A stretch of 27,488 nt of DNA from a virus (lineage: Duplodnaviria; Caudoviricetes). Below are positions 1 to 6,980 of the stretch, piece by piece. The first letter of the stretch is position 1. Each line of letters starts with the position of its first letter. The stretch lies in IMG/VR virus record IMGVR_UViG_3300043296_000027, positions 1 to 27,488 of that record, one strand, 5' to 3'. The notes under the pieces are model-generated. The model made no database searches. It had not been told where the DNA came from and saw nothing but the letters and a program-made list of their open reading frames with translations. The position numbers were made by a program, and so were the translations under genes.

Positions 1-2
1 GC

Positions 3-509
3 AACCTGCAAGACATCGGCATGGCTGAGGTGCTACGCAAAGGCCGCAAGGGTCGAGACGAAACATTCACGCAACGCAACTGGGGACAGCTGTCCGGAAT
101 GCTGAAGCAATTCATCAGCGACTTCCGTGACCTGTCTGACCATTACAATTTGCTGCTGATTGCGCACGAACGTATCAACGAAGCAGGCGACGATGAAGAA
201 GAGTCCATCGAGCCCAGCATCGGTGCACGCGTGATGCCGTCAGTGAGTTCCTTCCTCGACGGTGCTGTCGATGCCATCGGATCAACGTTCATTAAAGAGC
301 GTTGGGAAACGGAAGATAAAGAAGAAGTCAGGCACGTGGACTACTGTATGCGAATCGGTCCTCATGCGTACTACTCGACAAAGATTCGCAGACCAGTGTC
401 CGCTGGACCGATCCCGGAGCTACTCGTCAACCCGACGTTCCAAAAAGTGAAGGATCTGACCACGGGTAAACAGAAACCAAAACGTAAGAAAATCAGGAGA
501 AGAAACTAA
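3..509 (+). CDS. AAA_24 / Sak4-like phage NTP-binding recombination protein, 5'-truncated
   Basis: Frame is open from the window edge (NLQDIGM...). TQRNWGQL, LLLIAHER and LDGAVDAIG segments resemble the C-terminal half of phage AAA_24 proteins; lies directly upstream of a DUF669-like SSB, the usual pairing. Confidence 0.7.
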   Translation, partial: NLQDIGMAEVLRKGRKGRDETFTQRNWGQLSGMLKQFISDFRDLSDHYNLLLIAHERINEAGDDEEESIEPSIGARVMPSVSSFLDGAVDAIGSTFIKERWETEDKEEVRHVDYCMRIGPHAYYSTKIRRPVSAGPIPELLVNPTFQKVKDLTTGKQKPKRKKIRRRN

Positions 510-1288
510 TGGCGACACGTAAAAAGCGGCCTGCTAAAAAGGCGAGCAAGAAAAAGACGTCACGCGGGCGTCGGGGCAAGAACGTCGTATCAGTTGATTT
601 TACAGATGTTGAGTCTGGGGGTGGCATGCCCACGCCGGATGGCTACTACGTCGCTGAAGTCACTAAGGCGGAACAGGAGGTCAGTCAGAACGGCAACGAC
701 ATGATCGTAGTGCGTTGGAAGACCCACACCGGTTCCACCGTGTTCGACAGATTTGTTCTGGTGCCTCAGTCCCTCTGGGTGCTGCGTACGGCACTTGAGT
801 GCATGGGGTATGACATTCCGGATGGTCCTTTCGACTTTGACCCGGATGATCTGGTCGGCTGTGCGTGCGGACTGGAAATTACCAACGAAGAATACGAGGA
901 GAAAGATCAGCCTCGGGTAACGGGTTACATGCCTCCTGAGGTAGCCGAAGCGGAGATTGAAAAAGCCGGTGGCTACGTTGAGCAGGAAGAAGAAGAGGCA
1001 CCCGAAGAAGAAGAGGAGGAGCCGGAAGAAGAGGAAGAAGAGCCCGAAGAGGAAGAAGAAGAGGCACCTCCCGCTCGCAAGAAAGCGTCGAAGAAAAAGA
1101 AGGCTCCCGCTAAAAAGAAGAGGAGAGCCTCAGGTGCGTTACGACCGGGTGCGCGCGTCGTGTTTGAAGATGAAGACGGCGAAGAGTATCAGGGCGTGAT
1201 CGAGGGCATCGAAGATGACATTGCAATTGTTGTTGACGATGAAGAAGGTGAATGGGAGATTCCGGTCGGTGAGCTGAAGAAGGCGTGA
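509..1288 (+). CDS. DUF669-like single-stranded DNA-binding protein with basic N-tail, acidic linker and C-terminal beta domain
   Basis: VDFTDVE..PTPDGYYVAEVTKAE..SQNGNDMIVVRW..FDRF..SLWVLRTALECMG..DLVG..EEYE pattern is typical of DUF669/phage SSBs; TAATG overlap with the upstream gene. Confidence 0.75.
   Translation: MATRKKRPAKKASKKKTSRGRRGKNVVSVDFTDVESGGGMPTPDGYYVAEVTKAEQEVSQNGNDMIVVRWKTHTGSTVFDRFVLVPQSLWVLRTALECMGYDIPDGPFDFDPDDLVGCACGLEITNEEYEEKDQPRVTGYMPPEVAEAEIEKAGGYVEQEEEEAPEEEEEEPEEEEEEPEEEEEEAPPARKKASKKKKAPAKKKRRASGALRPGARVVFEDEDGEEYQGVIEGIEDDIAIVVDDEEGEWEIPVGELKKA
986..1069 (+). repeat. Imperfect 21-nt purine-rich tandem repeat encoding EEEEE(A/E)P
   Basis: About four units of GAA/GAG codons punctuated by Pro codons inside the SSB linker. 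Confidence 0.8.
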
Positions 1289-2712
1289 TCCGAACTGAAC
1301 TCCGCACCTATCAGGAAGAGGCTGTCGCTGCGGCACGTCCGCACGACGGCTTCTGCCTGTTTCCAGAGCAACGCACAGGGAAGTGCCTTGTCTCGCTCGC
1401 GATTGTTGATGAGCGCAAGCCCGATGTACTGATCATCCTCTGTCCGAAGAAAGCGGTGCTCACGTGGAACACGGAGATAGACAAGCACCTCGATAATGAT
1501 TGGGATTGCGAGATTTACATCATCACGTATCAGGAGCCGGTTAAAAATCTCGACCTGCGCAAGGATTGGTATAAAGAGACGCTGAAGTGGAAAAAACAAG
1601 GCGTCAAGATGATGATCATCGGTGACGAGATCCAATACATCAAAAAGCCGGGGACTGCCCAAGGCAGATTCGCACGCACGTTAGCCAAGCGCTGCGTCTG
1701 GAAACTCGCTCTCAGTGGCACACCAATTGACACGGGGTTTGAACAGTACTGGGCAATTTTCGACTTCATCGATCACAGAGAAATATTTGGCACCTACGAT
1801 AGCTTCAAGGAGGAGTACGTTGTCTACGAAATTAAAGCACGCAAAGACGGACGACAATATCCCGTCCTCATCGGATATCGAAACGAAGAGCAACTGCTCG
1901 AAGTCATCCACGAATACAGTTACCGAATTACGTTCAACGAGGCGCGAGTTGCCATGGGAAAGTCCCCCGTGCGCCTCCGCCGGAAGAAAGTGCGTTTCGA
2001 CCTCAATCGTAAGGCGCGTACGATCTACAACGAATTAGAACAAGACATGGAAACCACCATAGGCGAGTTAACGGTGGGTGCTCCGCTACCGGTCACACTG
2101 CCGCAAAAGTTGCAGCAGGTTTGTGGTGGTTTCCTTTTGCATCAGGAGCGTGTTCCGGGGCAGCGAAAACGCATTAGGACGATAATCCCGTGTGGCAGCG
2201 AAAAGCTCGAAAAACTCATGGGACTGCTTTCCGGCTTTGGGCAAGAAAAGGCAGTTATCTGTTGTCGCTTCACACACGAAATTGACGCGATTGCGGCCAA
2301 ATTCGACGAATTCGGTTGGACGTACAAAATCATCGATGGGCGCAATGAGTGGGATGACAAGTTCGACGTCGATTTCGTCATTTTGCAAGTTAGGAGCGGT
2401 TTGGGCTTCGATTTGTCAGAAGCGAACGCATACGTGTTTTACAGTTGGGACCATAGTTGGATTACGTTCGATCAGTCCCGTTTTCGCATCATGAACATGG
2501 AAACTACCAACTGGGTGTATTACTACTTTATGATGGCGAACGACACGATAGAGGATGAGTTTTATGAAGCGGTTGCGAAGAAGAAAGAATTCTCGACGCT
2601 TGTGCTCGACAGGTACCGCAGAGAGAAGGCACAAAAGCGTCGAAGATCAACTTGGCGAGGTGCGCGCAGAATTCGAAAAACCCATCTCCTCGCAGATGCC
2701 CCTTATAGGTGA
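1285..2712 (+). CDS. SNF2-like superfamily 2 helicase
   Basis: Q motif LRTYQ, Walker A region EQRTGKC, CP motif Ia, Walker B GDEIQ, motif III LSGTP, KLQQVCGGF, motif V SGLGFDL, DTIED near the end. GTGA overlap with the SSB. Confidence 0.85.
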   Translation: MIRTELRTYQEEAVAAARPHDGFCLFPEQRTGKCLVSLAIVDERKPDVLIILCPKKAVLTWNTEIDKHLDNDWDCEIYIITYQEPVKNLDLRKDWYKETLKWKKQGVKMMIIGDEIQYIKKPGTAQGRFARTLAKRCVWKLALSGTPIDTGFEQYWAIFDFIDHREIFGTYDSFKEEYVVYEIKARKDGRQYPVLIGYRNEEQLLEVIHEYSYRITFNEARVAMGKSPVRLRRKKVRFDLNRKARTIYNELEQDMETTIGELTVGAPLPVTLPQKLQQVCGGFLLHQERVPGQRKRIRTIIPCGSEKLEKLMGLLSGFGQEKAVICCRFTHEIDAIAAKFDEFGWTYKIIDGRNEWDDKFDVDFVILQVRSGLGFDLSEANAYVFYSWDHSWITFDQSRFRIMNMETTNWVYYYFMMANDTIEDEFYEAVAKKKEFSTLVLDRYRREKAQKRRRSTWRGARRIRKTHLLADAPYR

Positions 2713-2756
2713 ATCGGTGAAAAAGTAGTGCGATATTTTTGCGGAAATACGGTTTT

Positions 2757-3251
2757 ATGAACGAAGCGAGTTTATGGGAGTGGCTGCGAGACGTTTCGCT
2801 GCCTCTGGGGCATTACTCCAGAATCGAATCCCCAGAGACTTCGCCGGGATTTCCTGACGTATTCTTTTGCGTGGGCCAAGGTCCACGGAAGACAGCTAAA
2901 CCACCCGTCCCCGGCAAGGCTGGGTGTGGCACCCTCGAACTCAAAGCAACTGACCGCAGCCTGCGAGTGCCCTTCCCTGATGAGGAGAAAGGACTGCACA
3001 CATCACAGCTGCGATGGATCCGAGAGAACGTAGCTGCAGGTGGAGTCGTCTGGATCATTGCAGAAACTCCCGGCATCATTTACATTATCCACGGCAAGGA
3101 TGCCGCGAAGTTCAACGGGGCAACGCACGAGGACTTGCTTGAGATGTCATGGGAGACGATGAGCAGGAAAGATCCTAAACAAGCTGCGTCCTTACTGGAT
3201 GGAGCACTTAGAGTGTCGGATAATTACCGGCTTCACGCAGAGTACTACTGA
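2757..3251 (+). CDS. VRR-NUC / Holliday-junction-resolvase-like PD-(D/E)xK nuclease
   Basis: MNEASLW..SRIES..PGFPDV..LELKA..LHTSQLRW..AGGVVWII matches the VRR-NUC pattern. ATG at 2757 preferred over TTG at 2739. Confidence 0.8.
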   Translation: MNEASLWEWLRDVSLPLGHYSRIESPETSPGFPDVFFCVGQGPRKTAKPPVPGKAGCGTLELKATDRSLRVPFPDEEKGLHTSQLRWIRENVAAGGVVWIIAETPGIIYIIHGKDAAKFNGATHEDLLEMSWETMSRKDPKQAASLLDGALRVSDNYRLHAEYY

Positions 3252-3262
3252 GGAGAATAAAA

Positions 3263-3475
3263 ATGTTTGAGAATGAAGGTCAAGCAGTTGAGGCAACAGG
3301 TCGTGCACTCATGGACCACCGTCCGCCGACTGTCAGCGAGAAGCTGGAGCAGGAGAAGAAAGAACTGGAGCTGCGTCTCGAAGCAGTCACGTCACTGATC
3401 GCATCACTGGACGAGTCTCCGAATGTCAGAGCCATCATCGACAAGCTGTCGCAGCTCGGGCATCGAGTGTACTGA
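3263..3475 (+). CDS. Small coiled-coil hypothetical protein
   Basis: Strong GAGGAG RBS; heptad segment EKLEQEKKELELRLEAV; TGATG coupling to the next gene. Confidence 0.75.
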   Translation: MFENEGQAVEATGRALMDHRPPTVSEKLEQEKKELELRLEAVTSLIASLDESPNVRAIIDKLSQLGHRVY

Positions 3476-3891
3476 TGCGCAGCTGCACCTACCTCAACAA
3501 ACATCATGTCGAGTGCTGCACTGAGTGCGGCCTCGGCATTGATTTCTGTCAGTGCGTTGAGCCTGATCACATAGCGGATGACCGACTGACGAGTGCCGAT
3601 GGTCTGATGATCAAGATGATCCGTGACGAGCTGGCTGCAGCACGCGAAGCATTTCCGGGTAAGACACACATGCTCTGCGCACTGGTCGAAGAGGTAGGTG
3701 AGCTAGCGCAAGCAATGATGCAACACGACCGTTCCGAGGGGACCAGCGTGCAGGAAGTACTGCGTGAAGCAGTGCAGGTAGCAGCGATGGCAGTACGCGT
3801 CGCAGTCGAAGGTGATGACAACTTCTTGTACGAATTCCCTGCGGTCGAAGATGAGTTACCACGCGGACCAGTTGGAGGGCAATACCAATGA
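3475..3891 (+). CDS. MazG-like nucleotide pyrophosphohydrolase with Cys/His-rich N-terminus
   Basis: LVEEVGELAQA ... REAVQVAAMAVR is the all-alpha NTP-PPase (MazG-like) signature. Confidence 0.75.
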   Translation: MRSCTYLNKHHVECCTECGLGIDFCQCVEPDHIADDRLTSADGLMIKMIRDELAAAREAFPGKTHMLCALVEEVGELAQAMMQHDRSEGTSVQEVLREAVQVAAMAVRVAVEGDDNFLYEFPAVEDELPRGPVGGQYQ

Positions 3892-4142
3892 GATACGACC
3901 GCGAACGTGTCAACACGATCCTCAACAAGATGCTCGATGACGCTCGACGCAAGGGGATCTATCAGATGGATGAATGCACCGACGAGCTGGAGAAACTGGT
4001 CGGTGATGTTAGGGCGGAAGCAATCCAGTACACGTGGACCGAGGCCTGTTCACACTATGATCGCGGCATGGATCCACGCAACTACACCATCCCATTGTTG
4101 GTGGAGAAAGCAGCTGCAGATCTCAACCCGAAGAGAGAGTGA
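3888..4142 (+). CDS. Hypothetical protein
   Basis: GGAGG RBS, ATGA overlap, normal composition. Confidence 0.7.
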   Translation: MRYDRERVNTILNKMLDDARRKGIYQMDECTDELEKLVGDVRAEAIQYTWTEACSHYDRGMDPRNYTIPLLVEKAAADLNPKRE

Positions 4143-4387
4143 CCTACATGAGCAACGAAGAAGAGAATGGAAAGGACGAGGTCTCAGAGCCTACGGTGAT
4201 CGGTAAGGACGAGAGTGAGGAAGAAGCTCCAGATCTGGGCATCTCTGTCGGTGTAGAGAACGGCAACGTAATTATTGTGTTCTCTCAACGACTTACGACA
4301 ATTGGCATGCCTCCTAAAGCTGCTGAAGATATGGCGAATGCCCTGCTTAAACACGCTGCTGAGGCTCGTGCAATGCAGAGTGACTAG
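4139..4387 (+). CDS. Hypothetical acidic protein (start may be ATG 4148)
   Basis: GTGA overlap with the upstream gene; beta-beta-beta-helix-like C-terminal half. Confidence 0.7.
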   Translation: MTYMSNEEENGKDEVSEPTVIGKDESEEEAPDLGISVGVENGNVIIVFSQRLTTIGMPPKAAEDMANALLKHAAEARAMQSD

Positions 4388-4391
4388 TTCC

Positions 4392-4419
4392 TGTACACGT
4401 AAGCGGAAGTGTGTATAAT
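4392..4419 (+). promoter_or_regulatory. Putative sigma70-type promoter
   Basis: Perfect TATAAT at 4414-4419 and TGTACA (4/6 to TTGACA) at 4392-4397 with 16-nt spacing, in an intergenic gap upstream of a GGAGGT RBS. Confidence 0.55.
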
Positions 4420-4449
4420 AAGGGTTAAATCTAACTGGAGGTAGTCCGC

Positions 4450-4629
4450 ATGGCAATGCAAGCCCATAGCGACAGCATCGGTGCACAGATGGCAATGATG
4501 CGCAAGCGAGGCTGGAAAAAGTGTGCGAACCCGGAATGCAAGAAGCGTTTCGAGGGTCTCACCATCACTACATACTGCTCGGACGAGTGTCGTTTCCGGG
4601 CAGCTTATCTGCGACGCAAAGGAAAATAA
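4450..4629 (+). CDS. 59-aa zinc-finger protein (CGNR/treble-clef-like), absent from the ORF track
   Basis: Hand translation: MAMQAHSDSIGAQMAMMRKRGWKKCANPECKKRFEGLTITTYCSDECRFRAAYLRRKGK; GGAGGT RBS at 4437-4442; CxxxxC..F..YCSxxC followed by a basic helix. Confidence 0.85.
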   Translation: MAMQAHSDSIGAQMAMMRKRGWKKCANPECKKRFEGLTITTYCSDECRFRAAYLRRKGK

Positions 4630-4630
4630 C

Positions 4631-4867
4631 ATGGCGTTCTTAAAACAGCACCGCAAGGCAGAGCTGCAACTCGAAGGGCGAAAGCTCATCGGTAAGTTCA
4701 GCGTGAGCCTGACCAATCAGGGTGACCGCGAGGTGATCCTTGAGTTCATCAACGAGATGCGCAAGCAGCTCCGTGAATTTGACCCGAACAAAGGGAAGAA
4801 GAAGACGGGTGCAAAGAGGCGCACCAAAAAGAAAGCCAAACGAAAGGTCATCAAGAGACGTAGGTGA
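4631..4867 (+). CDS. Small basic hypothetical protein (78 aa) with Lys/Arg-rich tail
   Basis: ATG 1 nt after the zinc-finger stop, AAGGA RBS; true start of the track ORF 4523..4867. Confidence 0.75.
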   Translation: MAFLKQHRKAELQLEGRKLIGKFSVSLTNQGDREVILEFINEMRKQLREFDPNKGKKKTGAKRRTKKKAKRKVIKRRR

Positions 4868-5325
4868 TCATGGTCGATCTGGAGGGGACGTTAAGCGATC
4901 ACAGCGCTCGCTTAGCAACCCTTCTGGAGAACGAAGAGAAGTACAGGAAGCGTGACCGCACTGCGTGGAAGACCTACTACGCAGGACTCATTGACGATCC
5001 ACCGCGCACACACATCATGGAACTGGTGCGCGAGTACATCGAAGAAGACATTCGTCCTCTCATCTACAGCACCCGATTCATTAATAAATACAAGCACGAA
5101 GAGGGATGGCTGAAGCTGCACGGGCTGTGGGATCAAGTCGATCTCTTGCAACGTGAGCCTCACATGACCAAGATCAAGGGACCTGATCTCGTTGCGCAAT
5201 GGGTGCGTGAGTACACCCCGCTGCTCATCGTCGATGATCGAGAAGAAGTACGCGAGTTGGTGCGTGCAATGCAGACAGAATGTGTTGCTTACGCACCCGA
5301 AGCGTTCATCAACTTGGAGGGATAA
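4864..5325 (+). CDS. HAD-superfamily phosphatase, similar to the 3'-phosphatase domain of T4 polynucleotide kinase
   Basis: Motif I VDLEGTL, DDPP, motif II YSTR, WLKLHGL, motif IV IVDDR. Confidence 0.75.
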   Translation: MIMVDLEGTLSDHSARLATLLENEEKYRKRDRTAWKTYYAGLIDDPPRTHIMELVREYIEEDIRPLIYSTRFINKYKHEEGWLKLHGLWDQVDLLQREPHMTKIKGPDLVAQWVREYTPLLIVDDREEVRELVRAMQTECVAYAPEAFINLEG

Positions 5326-5588
5326 TGAAAATTCATTGTGCAGACGGTTGGCTCTTCCACGAATGGAAGAACAACAAGTGCGACCGGTGTGGTGTTACCT
5401 ACCGGGGAACCCTGACCGACGTGACATGGGGGGACGACCCGTCCCTCTTTGGAGTGCCCGTGCAAGACCACCTTGCTGATCCGACTGACCGACGCGGTTC
5501 GGCTGTCCCCCTGCTCCGGCTGGTCCGGGTACACCGCGACGAGGACGATTCATCATCGCACGCGTCTGCATCTGACCTCGTAAGCTAG
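5325..5588 (+). CDS. Small Cys/His protein (C..H-x-W..CxxCG); 3' part overlaps the convergent late gene
   Basis: GGAGG RBS and TAATG coupling; MKIHCADGWLFHEWKNNKCDRCG resembles small phage zinc-binding proteins (DUF1660-like). Confidence 0.5.
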   Translation: MKIHCADGWLFHEWKNNKCDRCGVTYRGTLTDVTWGDDPSLFGVPVQDHLADPTDRRGSAVPLLRLVRVHRDEDDSSSHASASDLVS

Positions 5589-6978
5589 ACGGAATCCGAG
5601 GTCCACCTATCGGTCCACCTCCACCACCGGGAGTTACACCGGGTCCACCTCTAGGATCTACGCCCGGAGGTGGTCTCATTGGCGGACGACGCGCTCCGCC
5701 TTGTTGCTGCTGCATCCGCTGCATCATTTCACGGATACCACCTCTACCTCCACCGGGTGGCATTGAACGTGGATCTCCACGCTGACCTTGTATCTGATTC
5801 ATCATCCCACGGATTCCGCCTCCACCACGTCCACCGGGGAACTTACCCGGCGGAGGTGTCATCGGTCCACGACCAGTCATCCACGGAGGCATCGGCTTAC
5901 CACCACCCGGCATCGCTCTGGCAGGAGGTGCACCTCGCCATGGTGTGCGACCACCACCACCGGGGAAGCCACCTCTAAAGTTTGATGCCGCAGCCAGTCC
6001 ACCGTGCTGATAGCCATCGACGTAACCACCATATGCTTGTTCCATTTCTTCTAGCTCCCGTTCGGTACGTGATTGACGATCTTCCTCAACACCGAGGCCT
6101 AACAACTTGCTGAACCAACCCTCTTCTTCCTCTGGCTCGGGTGGAGGTGGAGGGGGAGGTGGCTCTGCATGATACAGACGCTCCCAGTAATTGTACTGAG
6201 CACCATCTTTCGGGTGCGGGTTCGGTCCTCTATCTAAGGTGTCTTCGTGATGTCCAGCACGCACTCCACCACCTTCCGCGTAGCCACCCGGTGGCACCGC
6301 TAATGATGCTGCGATACGCAACTTGTGCGCACGTATGGCGTCCGAGTACTCGGTGTCTCTCCCTTCCCTCGGATCAGGTGGCGTGAAATCCACGGGAGGC
6401 ACGGCTGGCGGAATGATTCTGGGTGGAGTCTGACCTCCACCACCTCCGCCTCCGCCTCCTCCACCACCACCACCGCGACCACCTCCGCCACGTCGGCCAC
6501 CTCCACCGCGACGTCCACCACCTCGGGGACCTCGGTTAGGACCTGCGCTAAAAGTAGGTTCTGAGTCTTGTGGTTGCAGTATCGTTGGCTGCGGTGGGTA
6601 CCACTTCTTCTCTTCTTCATTGAAGAACCAGTTGCTGTGTATCAAGGCGTCGTAAGCACCTACGGAAGAGTAGATTCCTCCCTCCGGAAATAATCTCCCA
6701 GCCTGCCTCAAAGTAAGAGGTTCGTCACCTGCCCAGCTCATGTCAGGATCAACGGTAGTCCCACCACCATGGGCAAAGTTCAATTGCAAACCCGGCGCAT
6801 CCATTCGCTGACGCAGGTCATTCATCGGTGCGAGCCCACCTTCGTACATGCCTGCAGCTTGGTCAGCTGCAACGAACTCCTGTGCCACTGCAACGGGAGG
6901 AGCCTCCGTACGTGTGGGTTGCCAGCCGTGCGCAACAGCATTCATAAATCTAGCTTGCTTCTGTGACGTGCTCGGCAT
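5395..6978 (-). CDS. 527-aa Gly/Pro/Arg/Met-rich, largely disordered late protein with a conserved phage N-terminal module
   Basis: GGGAG RBS before ATG 6978; MPSTSQKQARFMNAVAH..VAQEFVAAD resembles a small module common in phage late regions; many RGG repeats, poly-Gly, poly-Pro; several FxxGG/YxxGG motifs. Confidence 0.8.
   Translation of the reverse strand: MPSTSQKQARFMNAVAHGWQPTRTEAPPVAVAQEFVAADQAAGMYEGGLAPMNDLRQRMDAPGLQLNFAHGGGTTVDPDMSWAGDEPLTLRQAGRLFPEGGIYSSVGAYDALIHSNWFFNEEEKKWYPPQPTILQPQDSEPTFSAGPNRGPRGGGRRGGGGRRGGGGRGGGGGGGGGGGGGGQTPPRIIPPAVPPVDFTPPDPREGRDTEYSDAIRAHKLRIAASLAVPPGGYAEGGGVRAGHHEDTLDRGPNPHPKDGAQYNYWERLYHAEPPPPPPPPEPEEEEGWFSKLLGLGVEEDRQSRTERELEEMEQAYGGYVDGYQHGGLAAASNFRGGFPGGGGRTPWRGAPPARAMPGGGKPMPPWMTGRGPMTPPPGKFPGGRGGGGIRGMMNQIQGQRGDPRSMPPGGGRGGIREMMQRMQQQQGGARRPPMRPPPGVDPRGGPGVTPGGGGGPIGGPRIPSSLRGQMQTRAMMNRPRRGVPGPAGAGGQPNRVGQSDQQGGLARALQRGTGRPPMSRRSGFPGR
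6433..6525 (-). repeat. Gly-codon low-complexity tract (RGGGGR repeats then poly-Gly)
   Basis: CCA/CCT/CCG triplet runs on the + strand with varied wobble positions. Confidence 0.8.
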
Positions 6979-6980
6979 GG

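Noticed and set aside
2620-2728. Alternative +1 frame at the helicase 3' end (RRHKSVEDQLGEVRAEFEK...) suggesting a frameshift
   Set aside because: No slippery site or stimulator seen; the annotated basic tail matches tails on neighbouring proteins. Cannot be excluded without homologues.
4523-4630. Track start of the 114-aa ORF at 4523
   Set aside because: Overlaps the better supported zinc-finger ORF 4450-4629; ATG 4631 has an RBS and coupling.
4388-4630. Possible ncRNA or origin in the apparent gap
   Set aside because: The gap is explained by a promoter, an RBS and a 59-aa ORF.
6433-6525. G-rich tract as a DNA-level element (microsatellite or G-quadruplex)
   Set aside because: Mixed Gly codons in frame explain it as protein low complexity; no independent evidence of a DNA role.
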